Below are positions 29,547-40,300 of a stretch of 64,000 bases of DNA, piece by piece. The stretch is from an uncultured beta proteobacterium (lineage in GTDB: Bacteria; Pseudomonadota; Gammaproteobacteria; Burkholderiales; Casimicrobiaceae), in contig CAWFKO010000002.1 of the NCBI GenBank assembly GCA_963816445.1, forward strand, positions 384,790 to 448,789, given 5' to 3'. The notes below the pieces were generated by a model. It did not search any database, had not been told where the DNA came from, and worked only from the letters and a program-made list of their open reading frames with translations. The first letter of the stretch is position 1, and every line of letters starts with the position of its first letter. A program made the translations under genes and the position numbers.

Positions 29547-30200
29547 TCATTCGGGTGGTTCGCGGAGTAGCGCGCTGCTCGTCCAATTGAATCGGACGGT
29601 CAACGCACGCACGACGAAAAACAGCGCAATTGTGACGAACGCAGCCTGCGTCGCGCCCATGCCTCGTCCAAACCTGAGCCCCACGAACGCCAGACATGCG
29701 GTCAGAACGACCAGCGCCGAATACTGGCCTGGCAGCAGCAGACGCGGGGTCTCGCGTACAAGCACGTCGCGCAACAGCCCGCCCCCGACCCCGTTGATCA
29801 CTCCCACGAGCACGACACCGGGAATCGAGATTCCCTGCGCGAGGGCCATCTGCATGCCGACGATCGCAAACGCAGGCATGCCGACAGCATCGATCAATTC
29901 GATGAGCTTGTCGGGCCATGCTCGGTTGAGGACCGGCACCAGCCATTTCGCCACGAGGCCGATGAGGACGGTTGCGAGGGTGATCAGCACCAAGTAGACG
30001 CTATTCGTCAGGAGCAGCGGCGTCCTTTGTAGGAGGAAGCCGTCGCGGATCAGTCCACCCCCCGTAGACGATACCAGTGCGATGACGAACACCCCGACGA
30101 TGTCGTAGCGGCGACGAACGCCAACGACCGCGCCGGAGAGTGCCCAGGCGAACGTGGCGAAATAATCGAAGTACAACGGAATGGAAAATTCGTCCTGCAT
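29547..30200 (-). CDS. TRIC / UPF0126 (YadS-like) family cation-channel membrane protein
   Basis: The UPF0126 motif is duplicated (FDYFATFAWALSGAVVG...STGGGLIRD and AVGMPAFAIVGMQMA...GVGGGLLRD). The start was set at MQDEFSIP (30200). Confidence 0.8.
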   Translation of the reverse strand: MQDEFSIPLYFDYFATFAWALSGAVVGVRRRYDIVGVFVIALVSSTGGGLIRDGFLLQRTPLLLTNSVYLVLITLATVLIGLVAKWLVPVLNRAWPDKLIELIDAVGMPAFAIVGMQMALAQGISIPGVVLVGVINGVGGGLLRDVLVRETPRLLLPGQYSALVVLTACLAFVGLRFGRGMGATQAAFVTIALFFVVRALTVRFNWTSSALLREPPE

Positions 30201-30454
30201 GGGTCGCGCTCCTGGTGGCGTCAGAACCCGCTCGCCGCGGCGAGCGGGGCTGGTCTTCGCGGGTGCGCCGTCCAGTTTCTCCACCGGCGTGCCCAATTAA
30301 ACTGACCTCATTGGGAACGCGCAGATACGGGAGGTGACGCATTTGTGCCGAATACAAATTCTAGCTTCGAGCCACCGCGTTCATCTAAGTTTCCGGGCTG
30401 GTCAAGTGCAGCCCGCGCGGCCAAGTGGGAGCGCCTTGCGCTTCGCCACCTTTT

Positions 30455-31993
30455 CTACCGTGTGAATGTCAGGTTGGTCCGTGCCGCGCAGGTTTGGTCG
30501 ACCGGCTTTGTCGGGCTGTCGAGGAAGGCGGCCATGATCGAGAGCGCGCACTTGGACTTGCCGAGGACCGCGTGGCCGGTGAAGGGAAATGCCACGAGCT
30601 GAGAGTTCTTGAGGCCCGGGGTGATCAGATCAATCCATTCGGGCGCGGTGGCAGCATCGAAGGCGCCTTCGAGTATCAGCACCGGCACGTTGCTCACGAT
30701 CGGCGCGCTTAATCCCGGGGCCGCCATTCCGACATTCCAGATCGGGCACGAGGCGAACAGACGTCCCTGTTTGGGCTGTACCTTGAGTACCCGGTCCGGA
30801 AATCCGGGAAGCGCTGCCTTCGATTTTGCCAACGTTGCCGACTCGGTCGTGAGATTGGCGTGCTCCGCGCAGAACACGGTGAGGGCCAGGCCGAACCCGC
30901 CCAGTCCGATGAACTCGGGCGGACCTCGGAACGCGAGATAGGTGGTCGCGACCTCGCGGGGGTCGCCGCGCGCCATGTCGGCCATCATCTTGGGGATTCG
31001 GGACACGTCGCCGCGTTCGCTTGCCATGATCAACGTATAGGCGAAAGCGAAGCCGTCGATGTTCACGCTCACCGATGTGCCGGGCGGGTCGCTGACCTGC
31101 ACGACGACCGGCGTCTGGTCGAGACGGTTCACGGTGGCCGTGAAGTCCGCCTCCAGGTTCGGATAGGTGGTCGCGCATGTCGGCTGGGCAGCACACGCAG
31201 CGAAGATGGCCTTGAATGAACTCGCCGGAGCCGACCACCACTTTTCGACGATGTTGCTCGTGGGGGGCGACACCGAATCGAGTACCACGCTGCGGATGCC
31301 CTGTGGGTGATCGCGCAGGACGATCAACGCGAGCTTCGATCCATAGGAAACGCCGTAGACGTTCCAGCTGTCGATGCCCAGTGCCATCTTGAGGTCGGCG
31401 ATGTCGGCGGCGTTCTCCGCACTGTTGTAGGCAGCGAGGTCGAAGCCGGCGGCGACTAGCCGGTCGCGGCACTTTTTGATCGCTGCGGTTTCTATGGCGA
31501 CGGTCGATTCCGCCGCGAAGGGCAGCCCAACCGAGTCAAACCCAAATTGCTCCCACTCTGGACATCCGAGGCGGGGATCGGCGCGGTGCGTGCCGCGCTG
31601 GTCGACGAAGATGACTTCACGATCGGCGTTGATTCCCTGCTTGACCATGGCCGCCACTTCGAACGAGCCGGCCCCGCCAGGACCGCCAGACAGGTAAACG
31701 ATCGGATCTGGCTTGGGCGTCGCCGAGACAGCGGGTGCGCGCATCACGAAGATGCGGATACGGCGCCCGTCGGGCTTGGCCCGGTTCTCGAGCACGGTGA
31801 GATAGCCACACTGAACACCTGACGGGAAATCGAGATCGGGGAAGCCCGCGATGTTCGGTTGAGGACACGGTATCGTCTGGTAGGTCGCTCCGCGGGCGGA
31901 TGCGGGCGACGGGGCCTTCGAGTCCATCCCCGCGCATGCCGTCGTCAGGCACACCACGGCGAACACGACGCAATTCTTTGCGGGTCTCGTCAC
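30455..31993 (-). CDS. Alpha/beta hydrolase, S33-type (tripeptidyl/prolyl aminopeptidase-like) lipoprotein
   Basis: The oxyanion region is YLSGGPGGAG and the nucleophile elbow is VYGVSYGS. The C-terminal TAP-like region ends ...PFTGHAVL. A GTG start at 31993 gives a lipobox (VVFAVVCLTTAC). The longer 602-aa ORF N-terminus looks non-coding. Confidence 0.75.
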   Translation of the reverse strand: MTRPAKNCVVFAVVCLTTACAGMDSKAPSPASARGATYQTIPCPQPNIAGFPDLDFPSGVQCGYLTVLENRAKPDGRRIRIFVMRAPAVSATPKPDPIVYLSGGPGGAGSFEVAAMVKQGINADREVIFVDQRGTHRADPRLGCPEWEQFGFDSVGLPFAAESTVAIETAAIKKCRDRLVAAGFDLAAYNSAENAADIADLKMALGIDSWNVYGVSYGSKLALIVLRDHPQGIRSVVLDSVSPPTSNIVEKWWSAPASSFKAIFAACAAQPTCATTYPNLEADFTATVNRLDQTPVVVQVSDPPGTSVSVNIDGFAFAYTLIMASERGDVSRIPKMMADMARGDPREVATTYLAFRGPPEFIGLGGFGLALTVFCAEHANLTTESATLAKSKAALPGFPDRVLKVQPKQGRLFASCPIWNVGMAAPGLSAPIVSNVPVLILEGAFDAATAPEWIDLITPGLKNSQLVAFPFTGHAVLGKSKCALSIMAAFLDSPTKPVDQTCAARTNLTFTR

Positions 31994-32304
31994 CGTCGGC
32001 CCCCCATTAGGTGTGTACGTTCTGGTCGCGAACCGCGCCGCCGAACCTCGACGATTTTTGCTGTCCTCACAAAGTTCGCGGGCGAGGTCTGGAATTGCTC
32101 GGACATCATACCCTTGGCGGCGGGCGCACTCGTCCTCGTGAACTCGGTCCTCGGTGGCTTGCACCACGAGTTTTCGCTTGCCACAGCACGGGCGAGCGCG
32201 TAAATGATCGATAGGGGCAGGGTGGCAATGGAACGAAGGATGGCGCGATTGATTGCCGAGCACAGCCTCTGGATGCCCGATCGCGGAAAAAAAGGAGTGA
32301 TCGC

Positions 32305-35300
32305 ATGAAGGTCCGTGAGAATCTTTCGGCGCAGCAATATTCGCGGTACTCGCTTCTGCTGGCGCTCGTGCTTGCGATCGGCTCTGCCGCTGCCCAGCAG
32401 GGCAATACGATCGTTGCGCAAGGGCTCAACCCCTGCATCGCGGGCCAATCTTGCTTCACCAATGTTACGGACATCCTGAACGGGCAACGACATCTGCTGC
32501 GGGTCGACGATCTGGTGATCGCGGGGCAGTTCGGCTCGGCATTTGCGGGCGCGATCCTCAATACCGCCAACTCGACGATCACGGCAGCACGGGCATCGAG
32601 CCTGGCGGGCTCTGCCGATGCGTGCCAAGGAGCGCTCCCGGCGTTGGCCAGCGCGCGCATGTTCAATTTGAATCATGACGTCACCTTGAGCGCGAGCGGC
32701 AGCTGTTCCCCAAATCCTACCACTGTCAACCAGCTGTACGCCTATGTCGATCCCGACGCAGACTTACCGAAGCCATACACGATGCAAACGTTCTTCGGCG
32801 CGGGCTTGAGTCTTCCGGGTTCTCCAGTTCTTCCGTTCCGTCTCCTAACGGTGGTCGCAGATTTCACGGGCGACGGCTACGACGATGTGGCATTCGTAGG
32901 CGAGAGGGCTTTCGGAGGCGGGGGCGCACACCAGCCGCCGGATGCGATCGTCGTCTCCGCCGTGCATCCGAATGCACCCGGCAGCGGCTTGCGCAGCGGA
33001 GGTCCCACGTTTTTCGATTTTCCGAGCGTGATTCCCCTGGCGGCAACTGCCGGCGATTTCGCCGGCAACGGGGCCCAGCAACTTGCGATTCTCGGGATCA
33101 ATAGCCAGAGCGAAGGCCTTCCCGGCAATCCCGGCGGTCTTGGCCTACAGTTCTATTCGGTCGACCCGTCGAGCCTTCAGGTCGGGGTCGGCAGCCAGGT
33201 CACGTTGACCATCCCGGAAGGGCCCTCAGCCATCCCGATCAGCGCCTCGATCGTCGCGGGACGCTTCGGCAATACCACGCACGACCAACTTGCGCTCGCC
33301 TATGTGGTCTCGGGCGGCACTGTTAAGATCATCACCTTGGATTTCGACGCGCAGGGCAATCCGATACAAACCGCCACCGTCGACACCCACATACTGCTGC
33401 CAGGTGCAACGCCTGGTGTCGTGCTGAAAGCGGGCCACTTCGACTGGAGCGGAGCGTTCGATCAAGCAGCGCTGCTGGTCAGCGATGGCGACATCGGAGG
33501 CAGCGAGGTGATGGTCCTCACATTCGATTCCGCCCTGATCCCGGCGGCGGGCCCCGGAACGGAGGTGTCCGGAACATGTCAGTTCGACATGGCGGCCGGG
33601 AGCTTCGACAGGATGCAGCCGAACCCGGGCACGCCTCCGCCCGCGAGGGTGAGAAATCCCAATCTGCAACTCGCGGTGCTTGCATCCGACTGCGGAACGA
33701 ACGCGAGCGTATCGTTCTATGACGTCGATCCCGCGAACCAGTTCGCTATTTCCGCGGGGACCACCTTTCCTCTACCTGCGCAGCTCGCGCCCGGACCGTT
33801 GCTCCAGGGCGTGCTTGCCGCCTCGGACACCCAAGGCCGATCGCTCGCGCTGGGCGCGCCGGCCAAGGTCGTGGTTGTGCGCCGCAGCCAACCGTCAGTG
33901 GTGCTTGCGGCACCGCCGATGCATGTCGACTTCATCGCGCCCGCGCGAGTGCAAGTGCCCCAAGTATTCAACGTCAGCGCCATTCCGGACGGCTATTTCA
34001 GTCAGTATCAAACTGATCAATCCAACAGCAATCAATCGTCGACGCAGAGCACGACGAGCTGGTCCGCCGGCACCAGCGAGAGCCTTTCGGGCAAAGCCGT
34101 GTTCGGGATTCCTGGTCTCGATTCGGTGACCGTGCAGAACAAGTTCTCGGCGCAGCAGGCATGGAAAGGCAACTCCGAGAAGGTGCACGGAACGACGCAG
34201 TCGACTGCCTTCGATGTGTCTCAGCAGACGGGATTCGGCGATCAGCTCTGGTACAAGGAATCCCGGCTCAACCTGTACATCTATCCCGTCATTGGCCAGA
34301 CCGGGTGCCCCGCCGCGATACCGAATTGCGCGGACAGCCAGAAGGTCCCGCTTACGGTACAGTTTTCGGGCGTCGACGCCGTCTCCAACGAGACCGTTCC
34401 CGGGAACACGACTGAGTGGTACCAGCCTCCATGGGAGCCTGGAAACGCGCTGTCGTATCCGGGCAACTTCGCGCAGTTGCAAGCAATCGCGCCGGACATC
34501 GACCAGGTATCGACCGATTTGACCTGGGTGACCGATCAAAGCGTGTTCCTGGAAAAGACGAGCTGGAACACCAATAGCATCGACAGCCAATCGACGAGCT
34601 TCGATCAGAACTATTCCTTCAACGATACGCTCTCCACCTCCGGCGCCACTGACGAGATCATCGTGGAGGCGTCGTTCAAGGCAAGCCTGAGCTTGAGTGG
34701 CAGCGTCGGCTTCAGCAACCTGCACACCTCCGTCACGACGCTGGGTAAATCGACGGGGATCGGCGTGCAGAAGCCGGGATCGTTCGCAAGTCCGACGGAC
34801 TACCAGTACTTCGTTACGCCGTACATCTTCGGCCAGAAGCGCCCGGGTGGCGTCGTCAACGACATTCCCCTGTCGACCGACGTCCAGACCTTCGGCATTC
34901 TGCAGACCGCATTCGTAGTCGACCCTATTCGCGCCGATGCGGGCGGCTGGTGGAGGCAGGCGTACAGTGTGGCGCCCGACGTCGCGCTCAATCACCCTAC
35001 GCGCTGGAATGTGCGATTGTCCGATCAGGCCAACCCCAACGACGGTACGTGCCTACTGATCAACCCATCCTCGTCGGACATCGATTGCGCGACGCCTTCT
35101 CCGGCCGATCCCACGAATCCATGGCTGAGTGAATTCCATAGCATGCGCGGCTTCTTCATCACGGGAGCCGAGGCCGGCGGCATGGGGCCGCAGCTCGAAA
35201 CCGCTACCGCGGGCGACCAGCTACTTCTTCAGGCGCGCGTCTACAACTACAGCCTGGCTCCGATGCCTGCCGGCACGACGGTGCACACGCGCTTCTACGG

Positions 35301-36012
35301 CGTGCCATGGAACAACAACAACAATACGGCGAAGGGGCCGAGCTTCCTTATCGGCGAAGCGATCACCGGGGCCATACCGCCGTTCAACACCGATAGCGCC
35401 AATCTCAACTGGCAGTTGGTGTCGGTTCCACAACCGTTCGACACGACGCCCTATCCCGATCAATACCTGACGTTCTGGGTGGTGGTGTGGATGGAAGATT
35501 CCAGCGGAAGGCTGGTGGGTGAATTGCCGGGCCACGGTCTGCAGACCATCCCCGGGCCCTTGACGAACTTTGGCGACGTCGCTGCGTTCGAGCAAACGTT
35601 TAGCAACAATGTCGGCTTTTACAAATCGGCGTTCTATGTCTTCCCGGCGCAGTCACCTCCAACCCCGGTGGTCACACCAAGCGGTCCTGCATTCAAGATG
35701 GCTGTTCCCACGCTGTCCACCCAACACATCCGTCGCGGGCAGGCGGTGAAGGTCTATACGTTTGTCGCCGTCGGCGACACCGCGATCGACGGCGGCACGA
35801 CGCTGCTTTTCTACGATGGTGACCCGGCCGCAGGCGGCAAGGTCTTCGACGCCGAGCGGATCGTCTATATGCGCGCCCGCGACTACTGCGCTGCGACGGT
35901 GTTCTTCCGTTCGAACACGTGTGGTGCGCATCGGCTCTTCGCGGTCGCGGCAAAGGGAACGGCGTTCGCGACGACCCGACAATCGCTTCCGCTCACCGTG
36001 GATTGTCCGTGA
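32305..36012 (+). CDS. Large secreted protein (1235 aa): signal peptide, FG-GAP/VCBS-like beta-propeller region, and a long uncharacterised C-terminal region
   Basis: The signal peptide is ...LLLALVLAIGSAAAQQ. Blade motifs recur every ~60-70 aa: VVADFTGDGYDDVAFVG, AGDFAGNGAQQLAILG, VAGRFGNTTHDQLALAY, KAGHFDWSGAFDQAALLV and AAGSFDRMQ...LQLAVLA. I do not recognise the remaining ~750 aa. Confidence 0.7.
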   Translation: MKVRENLSAQQYSRYSLLLALVLAIGSAAAQQGNTIVAQGLNPCIAGQSCFTNVTDILNGQRHLLRVDDLVIAGQFGSAFAGAILNTANSTITAARASSLAGSADACQGALPALASARMFNLNHDVTLSASGSCSPNPTTVNQLYAYVDPDADLPKPYTMQTFFGAGLSLPGSPVLPFRLLTVVADFTGDGYDDVAFVGERAFGGGGAHQPPDAIVVSAVHPNAPGSGLRSGGPTFFDFPSVIPLAATAGDFAGNGAQQLAILGINSQSEGLPGNPGGLGLQFYSVDPSSLQVGVGSQVTLTIPEGPSAIPISASIVAGRFGNTTHDQLALAYVVSGGTVKIITLDFDAQGNPIQTATVDTHILLPGATPGVVLKAGHFDWSGAFDQAALLVSDGDIGGSEVMVLTFDSALIPAAGPGTEVSGTCQFDMAAGSFDRMQPNPGTPPPARVRNPNLQLAVLASDCGTNASVSFYDVDPANQFAISAGTTFPLPAQLAPGPLLQGVLAASDTQGRSLALGAPAKVVVVRRSQPSVVLAAPPMHVDFIAPARVQVPQVFNVSAIPDGYFSQYQTDQSNSNQSSTQSTTSWSAGTSESLSGKAVFGIPGLDSVTVQNKFSAQQAWKGNSEKVHGTTQSTAFDVSQQTGFGDQLWYKESRLNLYIYPVIGQTGCPAAIPNCADSQKVPLTVQFSGVDAVSNETVPGNTTEWYQPPWEPGNALSYPGNFAQLQAIAPDIDQVSTDLTWVTDQSVFLEKTSWNTNSIDSQSTSFDQNYSFNDTLSTSGATDEIIVEASFKASLSLSGSVGFSNLHTSVTTLGKSTGIGVQKPGSFASPTDYQYFVTPYIFGQKRPGGVVNDIPLSTDVQTFGILQTAFVVDPIRADAGGWWRQAYSVAPDVALNHPTRWNVRLSDQANPNDGTCLLINPSSSDIDCATPSPADPTNPWLSEFHSMRGFFITGAEAGGMGPQLETATAGDQLLLQARVYNYSLAPMPAGTTVHTRFYGVPWNNNNNTAKGPSFLIGEAITGAIPPFNTDSANLNWQLVSVPQPFDTTPYPDQYLTFWVVVWMEDSSGRLVGELPGHGLQTIPGPLTNFGDVAAFEQTFSNNVGFYKSAFYVFPAQSPPTPVVTPSGPAFKMAVPTLSTQHIRRGQAVKVYTFVAVGDTAIDGGTTLLFYDGDPAAGGKVFDAERIVYMRARDYCAATVFFRSNTCGAHRLFAVAAKGTAFATTRQSLPLTVDCP

Positions 36013-36129
36013 CAGTGGCCCGATGGATAGCAGGGTGCGCTCGCGCCGCAGGCAACGCGGGCGATCCTGGCGTTCCGATGGCGGACCGCGGAGGCGCGAC
36101 CTGTTGGGGCAGGAATTTGTCAGGTTGCG

Positions 36130-37270
36130 CTAGAACCGATACGCCAAGCCGATGGAAAGGGTCTGCGCCCAGAAATCAGTTGTCTTGAAGTTGAAGGTTG
36201 GTTGCGCCGCGCCAACGAGCATGGCCGGCGGATCGTTGCCGTAAGCCACCGTCTGAGTCGGATTGATGTTGCGGTTGATCTGCTCGCCCGGACGCGCCAC
36301 GTTGCTCGCGTAGAGAAACGAGTAGCCGACGTAGACCGTGGCCTGGGGCGTGAGCCGGTAGCCCAGGTTGAGCGCGACCTCCGGCACCACCGCGAACGTG
36401 TTGCGCGAGTGATCGCCGCTGTTCGACGGGAGCGCGAAGTAGGCGCCGGGAAAGGTCTGCGTCGGCCCGTAGTTGTTGTAGTCGTTGGTCTCGAGGGAGC
36501 CGTTGACCGACACGCGCTGCTGCATCGTGCCGAGCGCCAACTTTCCGATCACGCTCGCGACCCACGGCCCCTGGTCGTATGCCGCACGCGCGCCGACCTG
36601 CAGGCCGTAGAAGCGGTTGCGCGCGTCGAACGCGTCGGTGGTATTCCAGACGTCGCTGGGGTTGGGCGGGTTGTTGGGGCTGCTCGTGCTGATCGTGTAC
36701 GACTCACGCAACTGCAGGAAGCGGAACCCACCGAGGAGGTCGACTCGCCATGCGTCCCGCGGCGGCATCGCCCATGTCACGTTGAACTCGCCGCCGCCGA
36801 GGTTGTTCGACAGCGTTGCCTGCGCGCTGCCGCGATAGTCCGGCCAGTGGGAGATCTCGCTGACGTTCTCCTGTTTGCTCGTAACGTCGAAGAACGGCAG
36901 GTACAGGTCGATGGAACCCGGCTGGCCGGTGGAACTCACGCTGCTCGAGGTGTGCGTGTGGGAATGTAGAAGCCGGTGAGCTCGAGACCGAGTGCGGCCG
37001 TCGATGCTGTAGGCGCCCGTGATCTTGAAGCCAGCATTGGGATTGGTGTCGACCGAGCCGCCACCCAGCAAAACGTTGACGCCGGGCGCGGTCGAGATAG
37101 TTGTCGGTGATGATGGGCACCGGCGTCGGGCTTTTCTTGAACCATGCGAGCAGTGCCTCCGCGCTCACCGACAGGCGACTGTCGCCGTCCGTCGCCGTCG
37201 GCGCTCCCTGCGCCAGCGCCGCACCGGTCGACATCGATGCCAACAATGCCACCAACGCAGCTCGTCGCAT
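36130..37270 (-). pseudogene. BBP7-type outer-membrane beta-barrel protein, three frameshifts near the 5' end
   Basis: The signal peptide MRRAALVALLASMSTGAALAQG and SAEALLAWFKKSPTPVPIITD are in one frame. APGVNVLLGGGSVDTNPNAGFKITGAYSIDG is in a second frame and ALGLELTGFYIPTRT in a third. The rest of the barrel then follows and ends in the typical ...LSIGLAYRF. The shifts lie near 37080-37095, 36990-37005 and 36945-36965. Confidence 0.7.
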
Positions 37271-37329
37271 GGGGTCATGCCTCCCGTAGCGTCGACTTGG
37301 CGGGGAAGCTTACGCCACCCCGACCCGCC

Positions 37330-40300
37330 TCATAGTGAATACAAGAACGCGCGTAGCTGGAGAATCTGTTGCGGGGTCAAGCCATTCAACCCGTCGATGA
37401 CGCCCAACTTCTTGATCGCCGGCCCGTCATGCAGGAAAGCCGCCTCGATCGCATCGCATGCCCGTCCATCGTGCAGCAGAAAGTCACAGCGCTGGATCCC
37501 CCGGGTTCTTTGTATTCTTATGGGAGTCGGTCACGAAACGGTTGAAACGCAGTCCTTTCAACGCCGGCGTGCGAATCTTTTGCACGTAGTTTTGGAATGT
37601 CGGTATTACTACTCCGTTATTGTCTCTAATGGATTGGCTCGCATTGCCGACCTGTGATAGATAGCCCATGTCATGCATCAATAGATCCGTCCCGATGTAG
37701 GACAAGAATGGACGAGCTGATTGCGCGACGCGCGTCGCCAGACGATCACGAAAATCTTGAGTTAACATCGTATCATCTGGAACGATGTGGATTTTATTTA
37801 TCACGTGACACGTGTCGCACTTTATTTGCCGGAAGATTTTCTCGCCTGCGACAACCTCGGGCAGGGAAACCTGGAACTCGGAGCGGGTTGGATTGCCGAG
37901 CCAGCGTGCATAATCGGCCATCCGTTGAACATCTAGTTCAGACAGATCCGCGTTACCGCTCGATTCGACACACGTCTTGTCGGCCGGACCGCAATTGGGA
38001 AACGCGTAGCGGATCGGGAACATCACCTTCTCGTTGGCATAGAGCTGCTTGTATCCCTGGCTCGTCGTCATGTTCATCTCGACGAACGCAGCGTTGGCTA
38101 CCTGGTCCTCGAGTGAGACGCGATCGCCCACCCATCCGAATCGGCCGATGTAACAATCGACCAGGCTGTTGGTGCGGCACTCCTTGTGAACCGTGCCCCC
38201 GACGCCGTCGCGAGACCCCGCGTTCCAGATAATCTCTCCGGCTATCGTCTCGCCAAGCGCGGCTATTTGACTGTTCCGAAAACCGAGAATGGCCTGGTTG
38301 GGTATCGCTTCCATCGCGCTCAGGTTACCGAGGCGTTTGCCGTTGAGGAGCATAAATCCCACTGCACCACTATCGATCGCCCCGTGTATGGCGGCGTCAT
38401 TGATGTCGTCGCAAGTTGTCGGCCACGGCTGAGAGGTAGGGGAGGGTAGGACAAGTTGACACGACGAGCTGGTCTGAAATGTTCCCAGCTTTATCTGCCA
38501 AGGCACATAGGTTTTGTTGAGTTCGGAATTGACACGGGCGGTACTCACAACCATTCGAATCGAATTCGCGCGGTTCGTAGTTCCAGGCGTAGTTGTAACC
38601 CGGCGTGGTCACGTGAAAGCTATCGCCGTAGAAGTTCATTATCTTGTTGTCGTAGTAGAGGTCCGAGGCTTGCACGGTCCTCGGTGGGTGCGCGATCAGG
38701 GTCGCCGGAAACGCCAGGGGTTCGGAGTAGCGCGACGAATCGAGGCGTGTCGTATCTCGTTGCAAGTCAAAAAAGACCAGTTTCATGGGCCGTATCTGCC
38801 CGGTGAAGGTGTAGTCCTTGACCGGGTAGGGGTTGTACGCTGCCCCCGTCATGAATTCCTGCAGCGCCGTATCAAGCGAGCCTGCAGTGTTAATCGGAAT
38901 CCCACTGCCGTTGCGCACGTGGCATCCGTCACAGGTGTTGTTATGAAAAGGCGACGGAGCCGTCTGCGGGTTGAAGGCTGCCGGGAACGTTCTGGCGCCG
39001 AACTTCGTGATTGCCGTTCGCCGATGCTTCGTACATTTTCTGCGTCCGGTATTCGTCGTGCCACAATACCTTCCCGCGAATGCCCTCCGCGAATTCCGCC
39101 GGATCCGACTCCATATGGTTGCTCATGAGCAACGTATGGTAAAACTCCACATCGGTGTAGTTGCGGCCGTGATACGCGCGAGTGACGTCGGCTTCATTGG
39201 CGATCGGCAGATACAGGCTGAAGATGCTCGCGTTATACACCTGCTCATAGACACTGAGGCCGCTGACACTGCTGGGGTCTTTGTAGAATGACACCGGCAG
39301 CTGCATACCGGGAACGCCGGCGAACAGGAAGGACGTCCTGCCATATTGGTTCGCGAGCATGCCGGCGTTGGCGACGTCCTGCCAAAAAGACTTCGGCCAC
39401 TGCTCCAGATAGCCGTTGTGATGAAGCTCGTAGTTGAGGCCGCACTGGCGTAGTCTCGCTACGTCCATCCCGGCCAGATCACCGAGAGTGCACTGTCTCG
39501 GGTAAAGGTAACTGTTTCCCCGACTTATCGCGGTATTGAAGCAGTTCTTAATGGTGGGCCCATTCACAGTGACGTCGCAGCCAAGGTTATCCGCTGGTGC
39601 CGTCTCCGTGGACGCAAACTGTCCCAAAAAGGGATTGAGTGCGGCCTGGGGATACAGAAAGGTTTCCCAGGTAATTTGCGCTCCGCTCCAGGGGAAATGA
39701 CGTTGAAGCTCAGCTTTGCTGACGTCGTTGGGAAAGTTTTGCAGTGCCCCATTGAACCACTGCAACAAGTTCTGGTTGTACGTCTGATACTGAAGATTGG
39801 CCGGATTGGGCGGAACCTCGCTGAGATCGAAACCAGCCATGACTAGCGCGCAAGTTGTCTCACCCGCCCTGCAGTGATTGGTTGGTGCAGGCGGGTCACC
39901 CGATGGAAAGACCGACCATGGCGTGACCTCGGCCAGCCCGTTGCACCACCGGGAGACAGGGGCAGGGGATTGAACCCGTTGTTCATCGGGGAAAGATAGT
40001 CGCCGTAGCAAACAGGATCCTGGACGTCTTTAGCTGTGGGTGCGAAAAATGAATCGCAGTAGTGAGCCATGTACCAAGGCATCTGCGGCGCGTAAGTGCT
40101 GCCGTCCGTGATGGTGTACCCGCCGTAAAAGTCGTCGTTTGCAGGATTCAATCCATCGCTGACTGCAGGTTCCGTTCCAAAAGGACGCGGCTGTAGTTCG
40201 ATAGCGGAGCCGGTGCTGCGAGTCCAACGGCTGGACAACTCCAACATGACTTCTATGCATGGCAGGCTATCCTGGCATTCTTTGGCCGCCTTGATTTTCG

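Noticed and set aside
30345-30712. Short plus-strand ORFs between the TRIC-like and peptidase genes
   Set aside because: They overlap the 3' part of the well-supported peptidase gene on the opposite strand and have no supporting signals.
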